NCBI GenBank assembly: GCA_035299385.1
Contig: DATGWQ010000268.1
Span: forward strand, 3,279-67,278
Reading direction: 5' to 3'
Source: Bacteroidales bacterium
GTDB lineage: Bacteria > Bacteroidota > Bacteroidia > Bacteroidales > VadinHA17
DNA: 64,000 bases
A program made the position numbers and the translations under genes. Under the pieces are notes generated by a model. The model worked only from the letters and a program-made list of their open reading frames with translations. It had not been told where the DNA came from and made no database searches. Positions 54,890 through 63,881 of this stretch are shown one piece after another; position 1 is the first letter of the stretch, and each line of letters opens with the position of its first letter.

Positions 54890-56148
54890 CGTATTATCGT
54901 CTGTTCCCTGTCGGGGCCCACTGATACCATTGTGATCGGAACTCCGGTCTCCTTCTCGATGAATGCAATGAACTTTTTCAGCTCGGATGGCAGCCTGTCA
55001 TATTTTCTGATGCCTGAGATATCTTCCATCCAACCTTCACTCTCAATGTAAACAGGTTCGATTGCAGTATCTCCGGAGACGGGTATTTCGCTGCATTCAG
55101 AACCATTTACCTTATAAGATACACAGATCTTTACTTTGTCAAATCCCGACATCACATCTGCCTTGGTCATGAAGAGCTGAGTGACACCATTTATCATTAT
55201 CGAATATTTCAATGCAGGAAGGTCAAGCCAGCCGCAGCGGCGGGGGCGTCCTGTTGTAGCACCGAATTCATGACCTGTTTTCCTTAGATTCTCACCGGTC
55301 GCATCATTCAGCTCGGTAGGGAAGGGGCCTGTTCCAACTCTTGTACAATATGCCTTGAAGATGCCGAAGATCTCTCCTATCTTCTTAGGAGAAACGCCAA
55401 GGCCGGTGCATGCTCCTGCGCTGATGGTATTCGATGACGTAACGAAAGGGTATGAGCCAAAATCAACATCGAGTAAAGTGCCCTGTGCGCCCTCGGCAAG
55501 TACCTTTTTACCATTTGAAGATAGGTCGTTGACAAGATATTCCGTATTGATGATCCTGAATTTTTTCATCATCTCGATGCCTTCGAACCATCCTTTCTCG
55601 TATTCGTCCGCATTGAAAGACAGATCATAATTTTTAAGGATCGAGAGGTGCCTCTCCTTTCTTTTCAGGTACATCTCCATGAAGTCAGGCCTGAGGATAT
55701 CGCCGGCACGAAGCCCGTTGCGGCTGGCCTTGTCGGTATAGGCAGGTCCTATTCCTTTGAGAGTGGAACCGATTTTTGTCATGCCTTTCTGGCATTCATA
55801 CGCTGCATCGAGTATCCTGTGCGTGGGAAGGATGAGATTTGCCCTTGTTGAAATAACAAGGCGTTTCGTGAGTTCCTCGACAGGCGGGCCAAGTTCCTCT
55901 ATCTCTTTCCTGAAAACTGAAGGATCGATTACCACCCCGTTGCCTATAAGATTAAGTTTACCGGTATGGAAGATGCCTGAAGGGATGAGATGAAGCACAT
56001 GCTTGACATTATTGAATTCCAGAGAATGCCCGGCATTTGGCCCTCCCTGGAAACGCGCAACCACATCGTATCCGGGGCTTATTGCATCAACAATTTTACC
56101 CTTTCCTTCGTCGCCCCATTGCAGGCCAAGCAGAATGTCAACGTTCAT
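54883..56148 (-). CDS. purA: adenylosuccinate synthase
   Basis: The ATG at 56148 gives MNVDILLGLQWGDEGKGK (P-loop). GIGPAY and GTTGRPRRCGW are also present. A -7 box at 56180-56187 supports this start. Confidence 0.95.
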   Translation of the reverse strand: MNVDILLGLQWGDEGKGKIVDAISPGYDVVARFQGGPNAGHSLEFNNVKHVLHLIPSGIFHTGKLNLIGNGVVIDPSVFRKEIEELGPPVEELTKRLVISTRANLILPTHRILDAAYECQKGMTKIGSTLKGIGPAYTDKASRNGLRAGDILRPDFMEMYLKRKERHLSILKNYDLSFNADEYEKGWFEGIEMMKKFRIINTEYLVNDLSSNGKKVLAEGAQGTLLDVDFGSYPFVTSSNTISAGACTGLGVSPKKIGEIFGIFKAYCTRVGTGPFPTELNDATGENLRKTGHEFGATTGRPRRCGWLDLPALKYSIMINGVTQLFMTKADVMSGFDKVKICVSYKVNGSECSEIPVSGDTAIEPVYIESEGWMEDISGIRKYDRLPSELKKFIAFIEKETGVPITMVSVGPDREQTIIRH

Positions 56149-56179
56149 ATATGCTACCGTATGAAATCGTTGCAAGGTA

Positions 56180-56187
56180 CAAATTTA
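56180..56187 (-). promoter_or_regulatory. -7 box TAAATTTG for purA
   Basis: Perfect match on the minus strand, 32 nt upstream of the ATG at 56148. Confidence 0.5.
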
Positions 56188-56290
56188 TTTTACCCTGAAA
56201 AAGACATCATCAACATTGTTAAAAAAACATAATTGGAGATAAAAAAAAGAGGTTTGTTTTAGATTTTCTTGATTTTTTAAATTTTAGGTT

Positions 56291-56298
56291 TAAATTTG
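56291..56298 (+). promoter_or_regulatory. -7 box TAAATTTG for the DUF3575-like gene
   Basis: Perfect match, 46 nt upstream of the ATG at 56344. It is the same octamer as the divergent purA box. Confidence 0.45.
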
Positions 56299-56343
56299 TT
56301 TTAACAGTTAATGAAAGTCATGTTAAACCTTAAACTTAGAATT

Positions 56344-56886
56344 ATGAAAAAACTTTTACTCCTGATTGTCGCTGTCTCTTTACTGATGCCTGTCAGAGCA
56401 CAGGAAACTTCAAGTGAAAAGAATGTACTTAAAGTGAATACTCTTGCAATATTCCTCGGTACAGGATCAATTTTCTATGAGAGGGCATTTTCTGAAAGTA
56501 TGTCCGGACAGCTTGGCGTGGGTTATCTTAATTATGGCAAGGGCGGTGACAGGTTCAGCGGCCTGTTCCTTACTCCCGAAGTAAGATTTTATCCGAAGAA
56601 AAATGCAATCGATGGAATGTATCTTGCTCCTTATCTGAGATATAATAAGCTGACAGCTAAGGCAGAAGATGCCGGAAAGGGCAGTGTATCCTCAATGGGT
56701 GGTGGTCTTGCATTCGGGCGCCAGTGGGTTACAAACTCGGGCTTTACAATGGACCTTTTCTTCGGTGGCCATTATATGAAGGCTTCTGTAAAAGCCGAGG
56801 ATGAGACAGGTACATCAACTGTAGATGCCGGTTTATTCGATGGTTTCGGATTCAGGATCGGCTTTGCTCTCGGTTTCGCATTCTGA
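56344..56886 (+). CDS. small outer-membrane beta-barrel protein (DUF3575-like)
   Basis: The ATG at 56344 gives the signal peptide MKKLLLLIVAVSLLMPVRAQ. Alternating strands end in GFALGFAF. Family assignment is tentative. Confidence 0.6.
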   Translation: MKKLLLLIVAVSLLMPVRAQETSSEKNVLKVNTLAIFLGTGSIFYERAFSESMSGQLGVGYLNYGKGGDRFSGLFLTPEVRFYPKKNAIDGMYLAPYLRYNKLTAKAEDAGKGSVSSMGGGLAFGRQWVTNSGFTMDLFFGGHYMKASVKAEDETGTSTVDAGLFDGFGFRIGFALGFAF

Positions 56887-56905
56887 TGAAAATCTTTAAA
56901 AATGA

Positions 56906-56938
56906 AAGAAGGCTGCACAACAGCCTTCTTTTATTTTG
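56906..56938 (+). terminator. rho-independent terminator after the DUF3575-like gene
   Basis: Stem AAGAAGGCTG (56906-56915) / CAGCCTTCTT (56921-56930) with loop CACAA, followed by TTATTTTG. Confidence 0.8.
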
Positions 56939-56940
56939 TA

Positions 56941-56968
56941 CACCTTACGCCTCACACCTGACCTCTCA
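56941..56968. repeat. degenerate heptamer tract CACCTTA CGCCTCA CACCTGA CCTCTCA
   Basis: Period-7 C-rich tract. Its last unit contains the stop codon of the Fur-family gene (56966-56968). Confidence 0.7.
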
Positions 56969-57433
56969 CGCGTTATTACCTTTTTTCCCGTTACCGTTCC
57001 CGTTATAATGTCCATATATATAAAGTGAGTGAAACTGCGGGCTGAAATTATGAAGCTCGCATGCCGTGTTTATGATCTCATGTATCCTGGGATCGCAGAA
57101 TTCAATCACCTTTCCTGTTTCAATATCGATCAGATGATCATGCTGGCCGCACTGGTAAGCCCTCTCGAACTGTGCTATGTTTTTTCCGAACTGGTGCTTT
57201 ATAACAAGGTTGCAGTCAAGCAGCAGCTCGATCGTATTATAGAGCGTAGCCCTGCTTACCCTGTAATTCTTGTTTTTCATGAAGATATAGAGGGACTCGA
57301 TGTCGAAATGGCCCGTCCTTGAATATATCTCATCCAGGATGGCATATCTCTCAGGAGTTTTCCTGTGACCTTTTTTTTCAAGATACTCAGTGAAAATCTT
57401 CTTCACGGTTAATTTCGTATCATCACTAATCAT
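56966..57433 (-). CDS. Fur-family transcriptional regulator lacking the CxxC pairs
   Basis: 155 aa. Winged-helix N-terminus ([11 protein letters not shown]...[13 protein letters not shown]) and a metal-site QHDHLID motif. The usual HLICxxCG and second CxxC are absent. Confidence 0.85.
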   Translation of the reverse strand: MISDDTKLTVKKIFTEYLEKKGHRKTPERYAILDEIYSRTGHFDIESLYIFMKNKNYRVSRATLYNTIELLLDCNLVIKHQFGKNIAQFERAYQCGQHDHLIDIETGKVIEFCDPRIHEIINTACELHNFSPQFHSLYIYGHYNGNGNGKKGNNA

Positions 57434-57440
57434 ATCTGGT

Positions 57441-57455
57441 CTAATTTAAAATTAG
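57441..57455. promoter_or_regulatory. perfect 7-1-7 palindrome CTAATTT-A-AAATTAG (candidate autoregulatory operator of the Fur-family gene)
   Basis: It lies between the -7 box (57458-57465) and the start codon (57433), so it spans the expected transcription start. Confidence 0.45.
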
Positions 57456-57457
57456 CA

Positions 57458-57465
57458 CAAAAATA
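57458..57465 (-). promoter_or_regulatory. -7 box TATTTTTG for the Fur-family gene
   Basis: Perfect match on the minus strand, 25 nt upstream of the ATG at 57433. Confidence 0.5.
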
Positions 57466-57487
57466 TGCATTCCCCTGAATTAAACAA

Positions 57488-59731
57488 TCATTTGGAAAAA
57501 TCCTCGACCCTTTTTACGGATTCAATTCCCTGGATACTTGAAATTTTCATTATCAGGTTGTTGAGGTCACGGGTATGATGTACATAGAGATCGATCGTAC
57601 CTTCGAAAATGGTATCTTTTACGGAGATATTTATATTGGTCATATTGACCTTCAGCTCGGACGAAATAATGTTTGTTATCTCATTTACGAGGCCAATGCG
57701 GTCTATTCCCGTCATGTGAATCCTGGCAAGAAAGGATACCAGCTTGTGTATTGCCCATTTGACGGCAATTATCCGGTTTCCCTCGTTTGACATTATCCTG
57801 ATGGCTACCGGACACTTTGGTTTGTGGATGATAATGGTTCCGTCAGGAGAATGATATCCCGTCACCTCATCACCCGGTATCGGGTTGCAGCATTTTGCAA
57901 TTTCGTACGACTGCTCGGCATTATCCACATTCTCCCTGAGAAGAAAAGGCTGGCTTTTATCGATCGGATCAGCGCCGGCCGGAACAGGTTTCTTTTCCTT
58001 TTTCGAGCCTATCAGCTTAAGTTCCCAGTATTTGATGATATTTTTTGCAGGGTTTCCCTTCCTGGTAATCTTGCCAAGATTCTCCAGGCTTACTCTTCCT
58101 GCGCCTATTGCGGCATAAAAATCATCCCTGTTCTCGTAATCGTATGACTGCAGGATAGTCTTGAGGCTTTCGGAATTGAGCGGTTGTCCTATCTCCTTCA
58201 TCCTGCTGTCGAGCATGTCAATTCCTTTTTGAATGCTGTCACGTGTTTCAGCTCTCAGTGCATTTCTGATGGCATCCCTTGCTTTGGCGGTTTTTACAAA
58301 CGAGAGCCAGTCAATTTCAGGCTTGGCAATTTCTGAAGTTATGATCTCCACCTGGTCGCCGCTCTGCAGGGTTGTGCTGATCGGGCTAAGCTTGTAGTTG
58401 ATCTTGGCACCGATAGACTTGTTGCCGATTTCAGTATGAATTTCATATGCAAAATCGAGAGCAGATGCACCTTTAGGAAGGCTGACGAGCAAGCCTTTCG
58501 GAGTAAAAACCATGATCTCCGACGCAAAAAGATTCATCTTGAACTCATCCAGAAACTCCACTGGGTCTTCCCTCGGGTTCTCGAGCATCACCCTTATCTT
58601 CTTTATCCATTTGTCGAGCTCACTCTCCTGGGTATCATCACCTTTATATTTCCAGTGCGATGCATAGCCTCTTTCAGCGATCTCGTCCATCCGCCTGCTC
58701 CTTATCTGTATCTCTACCCACTGACCCTCCGGCCCCATAACAGTTACGTGCAGAGCTTCATAGCCGTTTGGTTTCGGCCTGCTGACCCAATCCCTGAGCC
58801 TGTCTGGCTTGGGCATGTAAACATCGGTGATAATGGAGTAAATGTTCCAGCATTGTGTTTTCTCGGGAGTACCTTCCTTGGGATCGAAAACAATCCTTAC
58901 TGCAAGAACATCGTATATCTCTTCAAAGGGCACATTCTTGGCCTGCATCTTTTTCCATATTGAAAAGATGGACTTCGGTCTTCCCGAAATGTCGAACCGG
59001 AACCCTGCCTCTGTAAGCCTTTCTATTATAGGAAGTGAAAACTTGTTTATGAGTGCGATATTCTTCTTTTCAGAGTGCCTCAGCTTCGCAACTATCTCAT
59101 CGTATATCTGCGGCTGCCTGAACCTGAAGCTAAGATCCTCAAGCTCGCTTTTTATGGCGAACAGGCCAAGACGGTTTGCAAGCGGGGCATAAAGGAAAAT
59201 TGTCTCACCTGCGATTTTCATCTTCTTGTGCTCGGGCATTGAATCGAGGGTCCTCATATTGTGCAGCCTGTCGGCAATTTTAATGAGTATTACCCTGAGG
59301 TCATCCGACAGGGTGAGGAGCATTTTCCTGAAATTCTCCGCCTGCAATGATGCATTTTCCTTATTATACGTACCAGAGATCTTCGTAAGACCGTCGATCA
59401 GTGAAGCTATTTTTGGCCCGAATTCGCGTTCGACATCCTCAAGAGAATACTCCGTGTCCTCGACAACGTCATGCAGAAGGGCCACAACAATCGATTTTGC
59501 GCCGAGGCCGATTTCCTGGTTTACGATCTTCGCAACAGAAATCGGATGTATTATATAAGGCTCACCCGATTTCCTCCGCATGTTCCAGTGAGCTTCATTG
59601 GCAATATGAAAAGCCTTGTCGATCATCTCCCTGTCACCCTGCTTATTGCAGCGCAGAAGATGATTCACAAGGCTGTCATATTCCTGCTGAATATGCATCC
59701 TGTCCTCCTCGTCAAAAACGTCTTTACCCAT
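57488..59731 (-). CDS. bifunctional RelA/SpoT-homologue (p)ppGpp synthetase/hydrolase
   Basis: 747 aa with HD hydrolase motif LLHDVVEDT, a synthetase domain (YEALHVTV), TGS and a C-terminal ACT domain. Confidence 0.95.
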   Translation of the reverse strand: MGKDVFDEEDRMHIQQEYDSLVNHLLRCNKQGDREMIDKAFHIANEAHWNMRRKSGEPYIIHPISVAKIVNQEIGLGAKSIVVALLHDVVEDTEYSLEDVEREFGPKIASLIDGLTKISGTYNKENASLQAENFRKMLLTLSDDLRVILIKIADRLHNMRTLDSMPEHKKMKIAGETIFLYAPLANRLGLFAIKSELEDLSFRFRQPQIYDEIVAKLRHSEKKNIALINKFSLPIIERLTEAGFRFDISGRPKSIFSIWKKMQAKNVPFEEIYDVLAVRIVFDPKEGTPEKTQCWNIYSIITDVYMPKPDRLRDWVSRPKPNGYEALHVTVMGPEGQWVEIQIRSRRMDEIAERGYASHWKYKGDDTQESELDKWIKKIRVMLENPREDPVEFLDEFKMNLFASEIMVFTPKGLLVSLPKGASALDFAYEIHTEIGNKSIGAKINYKLSPISTTLQSGDQVEIITSEIAKPEIDWLSFVKTAKARDAIRNALRAETRDSIQKGIDMLDSRMKEIGQPLNSESLKTILQSYDYENRDDFYAAIGAGRVSLENLGKITRKGNPAKNIIKYWELKLIGSKKEKKPVPAGADPIDKSQPFLLRENVDNAEQSYEIAKCCNPIPGDEVTGYHSPDGTIIIHKPKCPVAIRIMSNEGNRIIAVKWAIHKLVSFLARIHMTGIDRIGLVNEITNIISSELKVNMTNINISVKDTIFEGTIDLYVHHTRDLNNLIMKISSIQGIESVKRVEDFSK

Positions 59732-59754
59732 GAATTTCTCAGCAAAGCAAGTTA

Positions 59755-59762
59755 CAAATATA
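59755..59762 (-). promoter_or_regulatory. -7 box TATATTTG for the RelA/SpoT gene
   Basis: Perfect match on the minus strand, 24 nt upstream of the ATG at 59731. Confidence 0.5.
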
Positions 59763-59767
59763 AGAAA

Positions 59768-59809
59768 AAGACGGAAGACGGAAGACGGAAGACCGAAGAC
59801 GGAAGACGG
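59768..59809. repeat. six tandem heptamers AAGACGG (one AAGACCG)
   Basis: Read directly. It starts 6 nt from the RelA/SpoT -7 box and is followed by GCACCAGGTACCCGG, which resembles the ACCAGGATRC loop of the 12.8-kb element. Confidence 0.95.
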
Positions 59810-59825
59810 GCACCAGGTACCCGGA

Positions 59826-61295
59826 CTACTTCTTGATTGCTACGGTTCCGGTCTTTGAGATCTTTTTACCTGAAGGAGCTGTAACCCTCAGGGTCCACAG
59901 GTAAACACCCTGGACTGCATCCGATCCATCCCATGATTCATTGAAATCTCCCGATTCGAAGAGTACCTTTCCATCTCTGTCACTTATCACAAGATGGTAT
60001 GCAGAGGGTGTAAATGACATCACAGGTCTGAAAAGATCATTCAGGAGATCGTTATTGGGAGTGAAAAGGTTAGGAACGGTAACTGTCTCCCCTGGAGAGA
60101 AGCATGCCTCAGAAGAAATGCTTTCACCTGCCGAACCGACCGGGTTCTTTTGCCCTGCCCTGACCTGGAAGCACAACTGTCCTGCTGTAAGATCAAAAAC
60201 AATATCCGCCAGCCCTGCTGAGTACGCAGTTGAGGTATCTGTCGATGCAAGGAATCTGTATCCGCTCCCGGTATTGATCATGAGCTCATACTCATGGGAA
60301 TGTGTGCCGGTCACAACCTGGTTCCAGTCAATTTCCAGCTGGTTCCCTGAATTCCGGATCACAGGAAGAATGTTGGATGATACTTCCGAAGTCAGGGCTG
60401 CAAGATCACAGTTATTAATGGCTTTCAGCCTGTAATAATTGATCTTCGTCAGGTCGGCATTCCTGTCAGTGTAGAACACCATGCTTCCCGATGCGCTTAG
60501 TGATGCTACGGTGCTGAACGATGTACCTGCCTTTTCAAGAACGTACCTTGTGATTTCAGAAGAAGGATCTGCTGACCAGGCCAGTTCTATATCTTTATTT
60601 TCATTCACTCTCACATAATCAGTGCTGATCCATGAAGGAGGGTTCTGGAATGATGTAACGATGCAGGTTTTGTTTGAAAACGAAAATGTAGCGTCATCCA
60701 GTGAAGCCCTGATCGCATAGCAATAATTTGCATCAGTGCTGAACGTATTTATTGAGTAGGAATCTGCTATGGCAGGGGTGTCATATTTTGGAATGAGCGG
60801 TCCGCTATTTTCAGAGACAAAAATTGTGTAACCGGTGACTTTCTTCGGAGCATCCTGGTACTTATTCCACATTACGGCGATCTTTGCCCTGCAGGTGTCA
60901 AATGCGGTGCTGCAGAAGATTGTACTGAGGCTATTCGAAAGCTCACTCGGGCATCCGTCTTTGCCGGGGGCAAGGGGAAGCCTGTATGCAGCCACGACAA
61001 ATTTCACAATCTGGTATTTTGTTGCCGAAGTTAAATATGTATAATTCGTTATTGACGGATCTTTGATGGTGTCGACAGATATCCAGCCTGCCGTGGTCTC
61101 GTTGTAAGTATAAACTATATAAGCTGCAATATTGGTTGAAGGGCTTGGATTCCAGGATATATCTATGTTTCCCGTTTCAGGCTGGACCGAAACGAGGGTA
61201 AGGACGGGAGGGAGGGGAACGGTGCAGTTCTCCTGCGAAACAGCAGGAATAGTGAGCATCAGAAAGAGAGCGACTGTTGAGAGACTAAGCCTCAT
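59826..61295 (-). CDS. secreted protein with T9SS type-B C-terminal sorting domain
   Basis: 489 aa with a signal peptide and Ig/FN3-like repeats. The C-terminus is VPNLFTPNNDLLNDLF...WDGSDAVQGVYLW. Confidence 0.8.
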   Translation of the reverse strand: MRLSLSTVALFLMLTIPAVSQENCTVPLPPVLTLVSVQPETGNIDISWNPSPSTNIAAYIVYTYNETTAGWISVDTIKDPSITNYTYLTSATKYQIVKFVVAAYRLPLAPGKDGCPSELSNSLSTIFCSTAFDTCRAKIAVMWNKYQDAPKKVTGYTIFVSENSGPLIPKYDTPAIADSYSINTFSTDANYCYAIRASLDDATFSFSNKTCIVTSFQNPPSWISTDYVRVNENKDIELAWSADPSSEITRYVLEKAGTSFSTVASLSASGSMVFYTDRNADLTKINYYRLKAINNCDLAALTSEVSSNILPVIRNSGNQLEIDWNQVVTGTHSHEYELMINTGSGYRFLASTDTSTAYSAGLADIVFDLTAGQLCFQVRAGQKNPVGSAGESISSEACFSPGETVTVPNLFTPNNDLLNDLFRPVMSFTPSAYHLVISDRDGKVLFESGDFNESWDGSDAVQGVYLWTLRVTAPSGKKISKTGTVAIKK

Positions 61296-62572
61296 TTTGA
61301 ACCGGCAGTTACCTGGTATAACCTGTTGACAGGATAATAAGTATTTGCAAGATGTTTTATTTCATCGGGATCGATTGTCCTGATCTTTTCCGAGAACCTT
61401 TTATAATAACTGAAATCAAGCCCGAAATCAAGAGCGCCCCTGAAAGTTTCTGCCAGTGCAAACGGCCCGTCGAACATCCGGAGCATTTCTCCAAGCATAT
61501 AATTCCTTACGGTCTCAAGCTCGTCCTTTTCGACGAATTCATCCTGGAGCAGGCGTATTTCCCTGTAGATTTCACTGATTGCAGCCTCGAGGTGTTCATT
61601 TCCTGTCTCGGTGGAAATAACCAGGTAACCTGATTTATCCAGCGATGTCACGCCTGACCGGATCCCATAGGTATAGCCTTTCTCTTCACGGATGTTCCTC
61701 ATCAGCCTTGACCCGAAATACCCTCCCAGGATCGCATCGACAACCTTGAGCCCTGTATAATCCGGATGTCTCTTGTTTATTGTTGCCATCCCGATCCGTA
61801 TTGCCGTCTGAACCATGCCGGGCTTATCGACATGTACTTTTCTTTGCCTTCTGCCGCTGAGGACCGGAGCGTTCTCCTCAATGTAGATATGCTTCCCGCT
61901 TATGCCGCCGAAGTACCTGTTCAGAAAAGCGGCCGAATCAGCAGGTATTTTTCCGGCGATGACTATGCTCATGTTTCCGGGCGTATAATTGGCAGCATGA
62001 AAGTCGGCCAGAAGCGGAGTGGATATTTTCCCGAAATCTTCTTCTTCCACCTGGTGCCCATATGGGTGTTTTTTGCCAAAGATCGATTCAAAAAACTGGT
62101 CTATGGCCACGTTCTGCATTTTTGCCCGGTTTATGAGAAACCACTGGAGCCTTTTTTTCAACATTGCATTCAATTCCTCTTTTGGAAAAACCGGGCTAAA
62201 AAGAATTTCAGATGCAAGCTCAATAATTCTTTCAAGATGCCTGTTCAGGCAGAAAAAAATTGCGGAAGCGCGGTCCCTGTCGGCAGAAAAGTGGACGAAA
62301 ACGCCATAATAATCGATCATCCTGTTCAATTCTGAAGCAGAGTAATGCACTGTCCCTTCCCTGAGCATCATGTTTGTAGTTGAAGCAAGAAGAGGCAAAT
62401 ACTCCTTAATATATCCCGCATTGAAAATAAACTCTATCCTTACAAGCTCCTCAGTTCCCGATTCAAGCATGAAAACAGGTACATTGTTATCCAGCCTTAT
62501 CTCAGCAACGTCAGGGATGCTGATGTCGCCTACAGGAAAAAGCGGGGGTTGTATCCTTTTCAGCTTCTCCAT
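61292..62572 (-). CDS. M16-family peptidase, non-catalytic partner subunit
   Basis: 426 aa with an insulinase-like fold pattern but no HxxEH. It overlaps the neighbouring genes by 4 nt and 1 nt. Confidence 0.85.
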   Translation of the reverse strand: MEKLKRIQPPLFPVGDISIPDVAEIRLDNNVPVFMLESGTEELVRIEFIFNAGYIKEYLPLLASTTNMMLREGTVHYSASELNRMIDYYGVFVHFSADRDRASAIFFCLNRHLERIIELASEILFSPVFPKEELNAMLKKRLQWFLINRAKMQNVAIDQFFESIFGKKHPYGHQVEEEDFGKISTPLLADFHAANYTPGNMSIVIAGKIPADSAAFLNRYFGGISGKHIYIEENAPVLSGRRQRKVHVDKPGMVQTAIRIGMATINKRHPDYTGLKVVDAILGGYFGSRLMRNIREEKGYTYGIRSGVTSLDKSGYLVISTETGNEHLEAAISEIYREIRLLQDEFVEKDELETVRNYMLGEMLRMFDGPFALAETFRGALDFGLDFSYYKRFSEKIRTIDPDEIKHLANTYYPVNRLYQVTAGSK

Positions 62573-63819
62573 TATTCTGATCTTAAGGCTCTGTAATATA
62601 ATGTGCTGCAGTTTGAGGGGGAGAGATATCTGTTTGCAGCATCATGGACCATATCTGCAGTGACTTTCCTGTATAGCGCCGTTTCCTGGTTTATCAGGTC
62701 CGGGTTGCCCAGGAGCTCATAGAAGCACAGGTTTATCGCCTTGTTGAGTGCGCTTGTATTCGTGAAGACTGTTGAGGATTCATATTTGTTCTTCACCTTT
62801 TCCAATTCATCAGCGGGAATATCCGGCCCATCCAGAAGCTCGCCAATAACCTCTTCAACAGCCTTTTCTGCCTCTTCAAGCTCAACTCCCTTCATCAGGC
62901 TTCCGTGAAGCATCAGCATCCCGGGATCTATATCGGAAGTTATGTAGGCATTCAGCTCGCTGAAAAGCTTCTTGTCCCTGACAAGCTTCACATACAACCT
63001 CCCTGATTCACCACCTGAGAGAATGTCTGTAAGCAGGTCAAGAGTATGGAAATCCTCATGGAGGCGAGGCGTTGTGTGCCACACTTTGTAAAGGGCATCA
63101 GCAGGCACATTCTTTTCAATAGCAGCTCTTCGCTCTTCAGTCTGAACGGGCTCAGGTGTAATATTCCTTGTGCTTATCTTTCTCCTTTCGACAGGGCCGA
63201 ACCATTTTTCAGAAAGCTCTCTGACGCGGCTTTCGGATATATTTCCTGAAAGGCAGAGAATGGCATTGTTTGGCGCGTAGTGCGAAAAGAAAAATTCCCT
63301 GACCTTCTGCAGATCTGCATTTTCGATATGAAGTATGTCCTTGCCTATCGTCGGCCAGCGATAGGGATGAACTTTGTAAACCATTGGCCGGAGTACGAGT
63401 ATTGCATCTCCGTACGGCTGGTTAAGATACCTTTGCTTGTACTCCTCGATGACGACATTTTTCTGGATGTCAAGATTCTTCCGGGAAAAGCTCAGCTCGA
63501 GCATCCTGTCGGATTCCAGCCAGAAACCTGTCTCAATATTATCAGCAGGAACAGTGAGGTAGTAATTTGTTATGTCATTGCTCGTGAAGGCATTGTTTTC
63601 AGCGCCGACCATCTGGAGGGGTGCATCATAGTCAGGCACGTTCACCGACCCTCCGAACATCAGGTGCTCAAAAAGATGTGCAAAGCCTGTCATCTCAGGA
63701 TCTTCATCCCTCGATCCGACATCATACAGGAGATTCATGCTGACAAGAGGAGTAGACCTGTCCTCGTGAACAAGAATCCGCAATCCGTTATCAAGGGTGA
63801 ATCTGCTGAAATTTATCAT
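62572..63819 (-). CDS. M16-family zinc peptidase (catalytic subunit)
   Basis: 415 aa with the inverted zinc motif HLFEHLMF and downstream ENNAFT. Confidence 0.9.
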   Translation of the reverse strand: MINFSRFTLDNGLRILVHEDRSTPLVSMNLLYDVGSRDEDPEMTGFAHLFEHLMFGGSVNVPDYDAPLQMVGAENNAFTSNDITNYYLTVPADNIETGFWLESDRMLELSFSRKNLDIQKNVVIEEYKQRYLNQPYGDAILVLRPMVYKVHPYRWPTIGKDILHIENADLQKVREFFFSHYAPNNAILCLSGNISESRVRELSEKWFGPVERRKISTRNITPEPVQTEERRAAIEKNVPADALYKVWHTTPRLHEDFHTLDLLTDILSGGESGRLYVKLVRDKKLFSELNAYITSDIDPGMLMLHGSLMKGVELEEAEKAVEEVIGELLDGPDIPADELEKVKNKYESSTVFTNTSALNKAINLCFYELLGNPDLINQETALYRKVTADMVHDAANRYLSPSNCSTLYYRALRSE

Positions 63820-63841
63820 TTGTATCGTGCCGGCATAACGA

Positions 63842-63849
63842 CAAACTTA
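63842..63849 (-). promoter_or_regulatory. -7 box TAAGTTTG for the M16 peptidase operon
   Basis: Perfect match on the minus strand, 23 nt upstream of the ATG at 63819. Confidence 0.45.
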
Positions 63850-63881
63850 ACTAAAAAACACCGAACCTCCTGTATTGTTTT

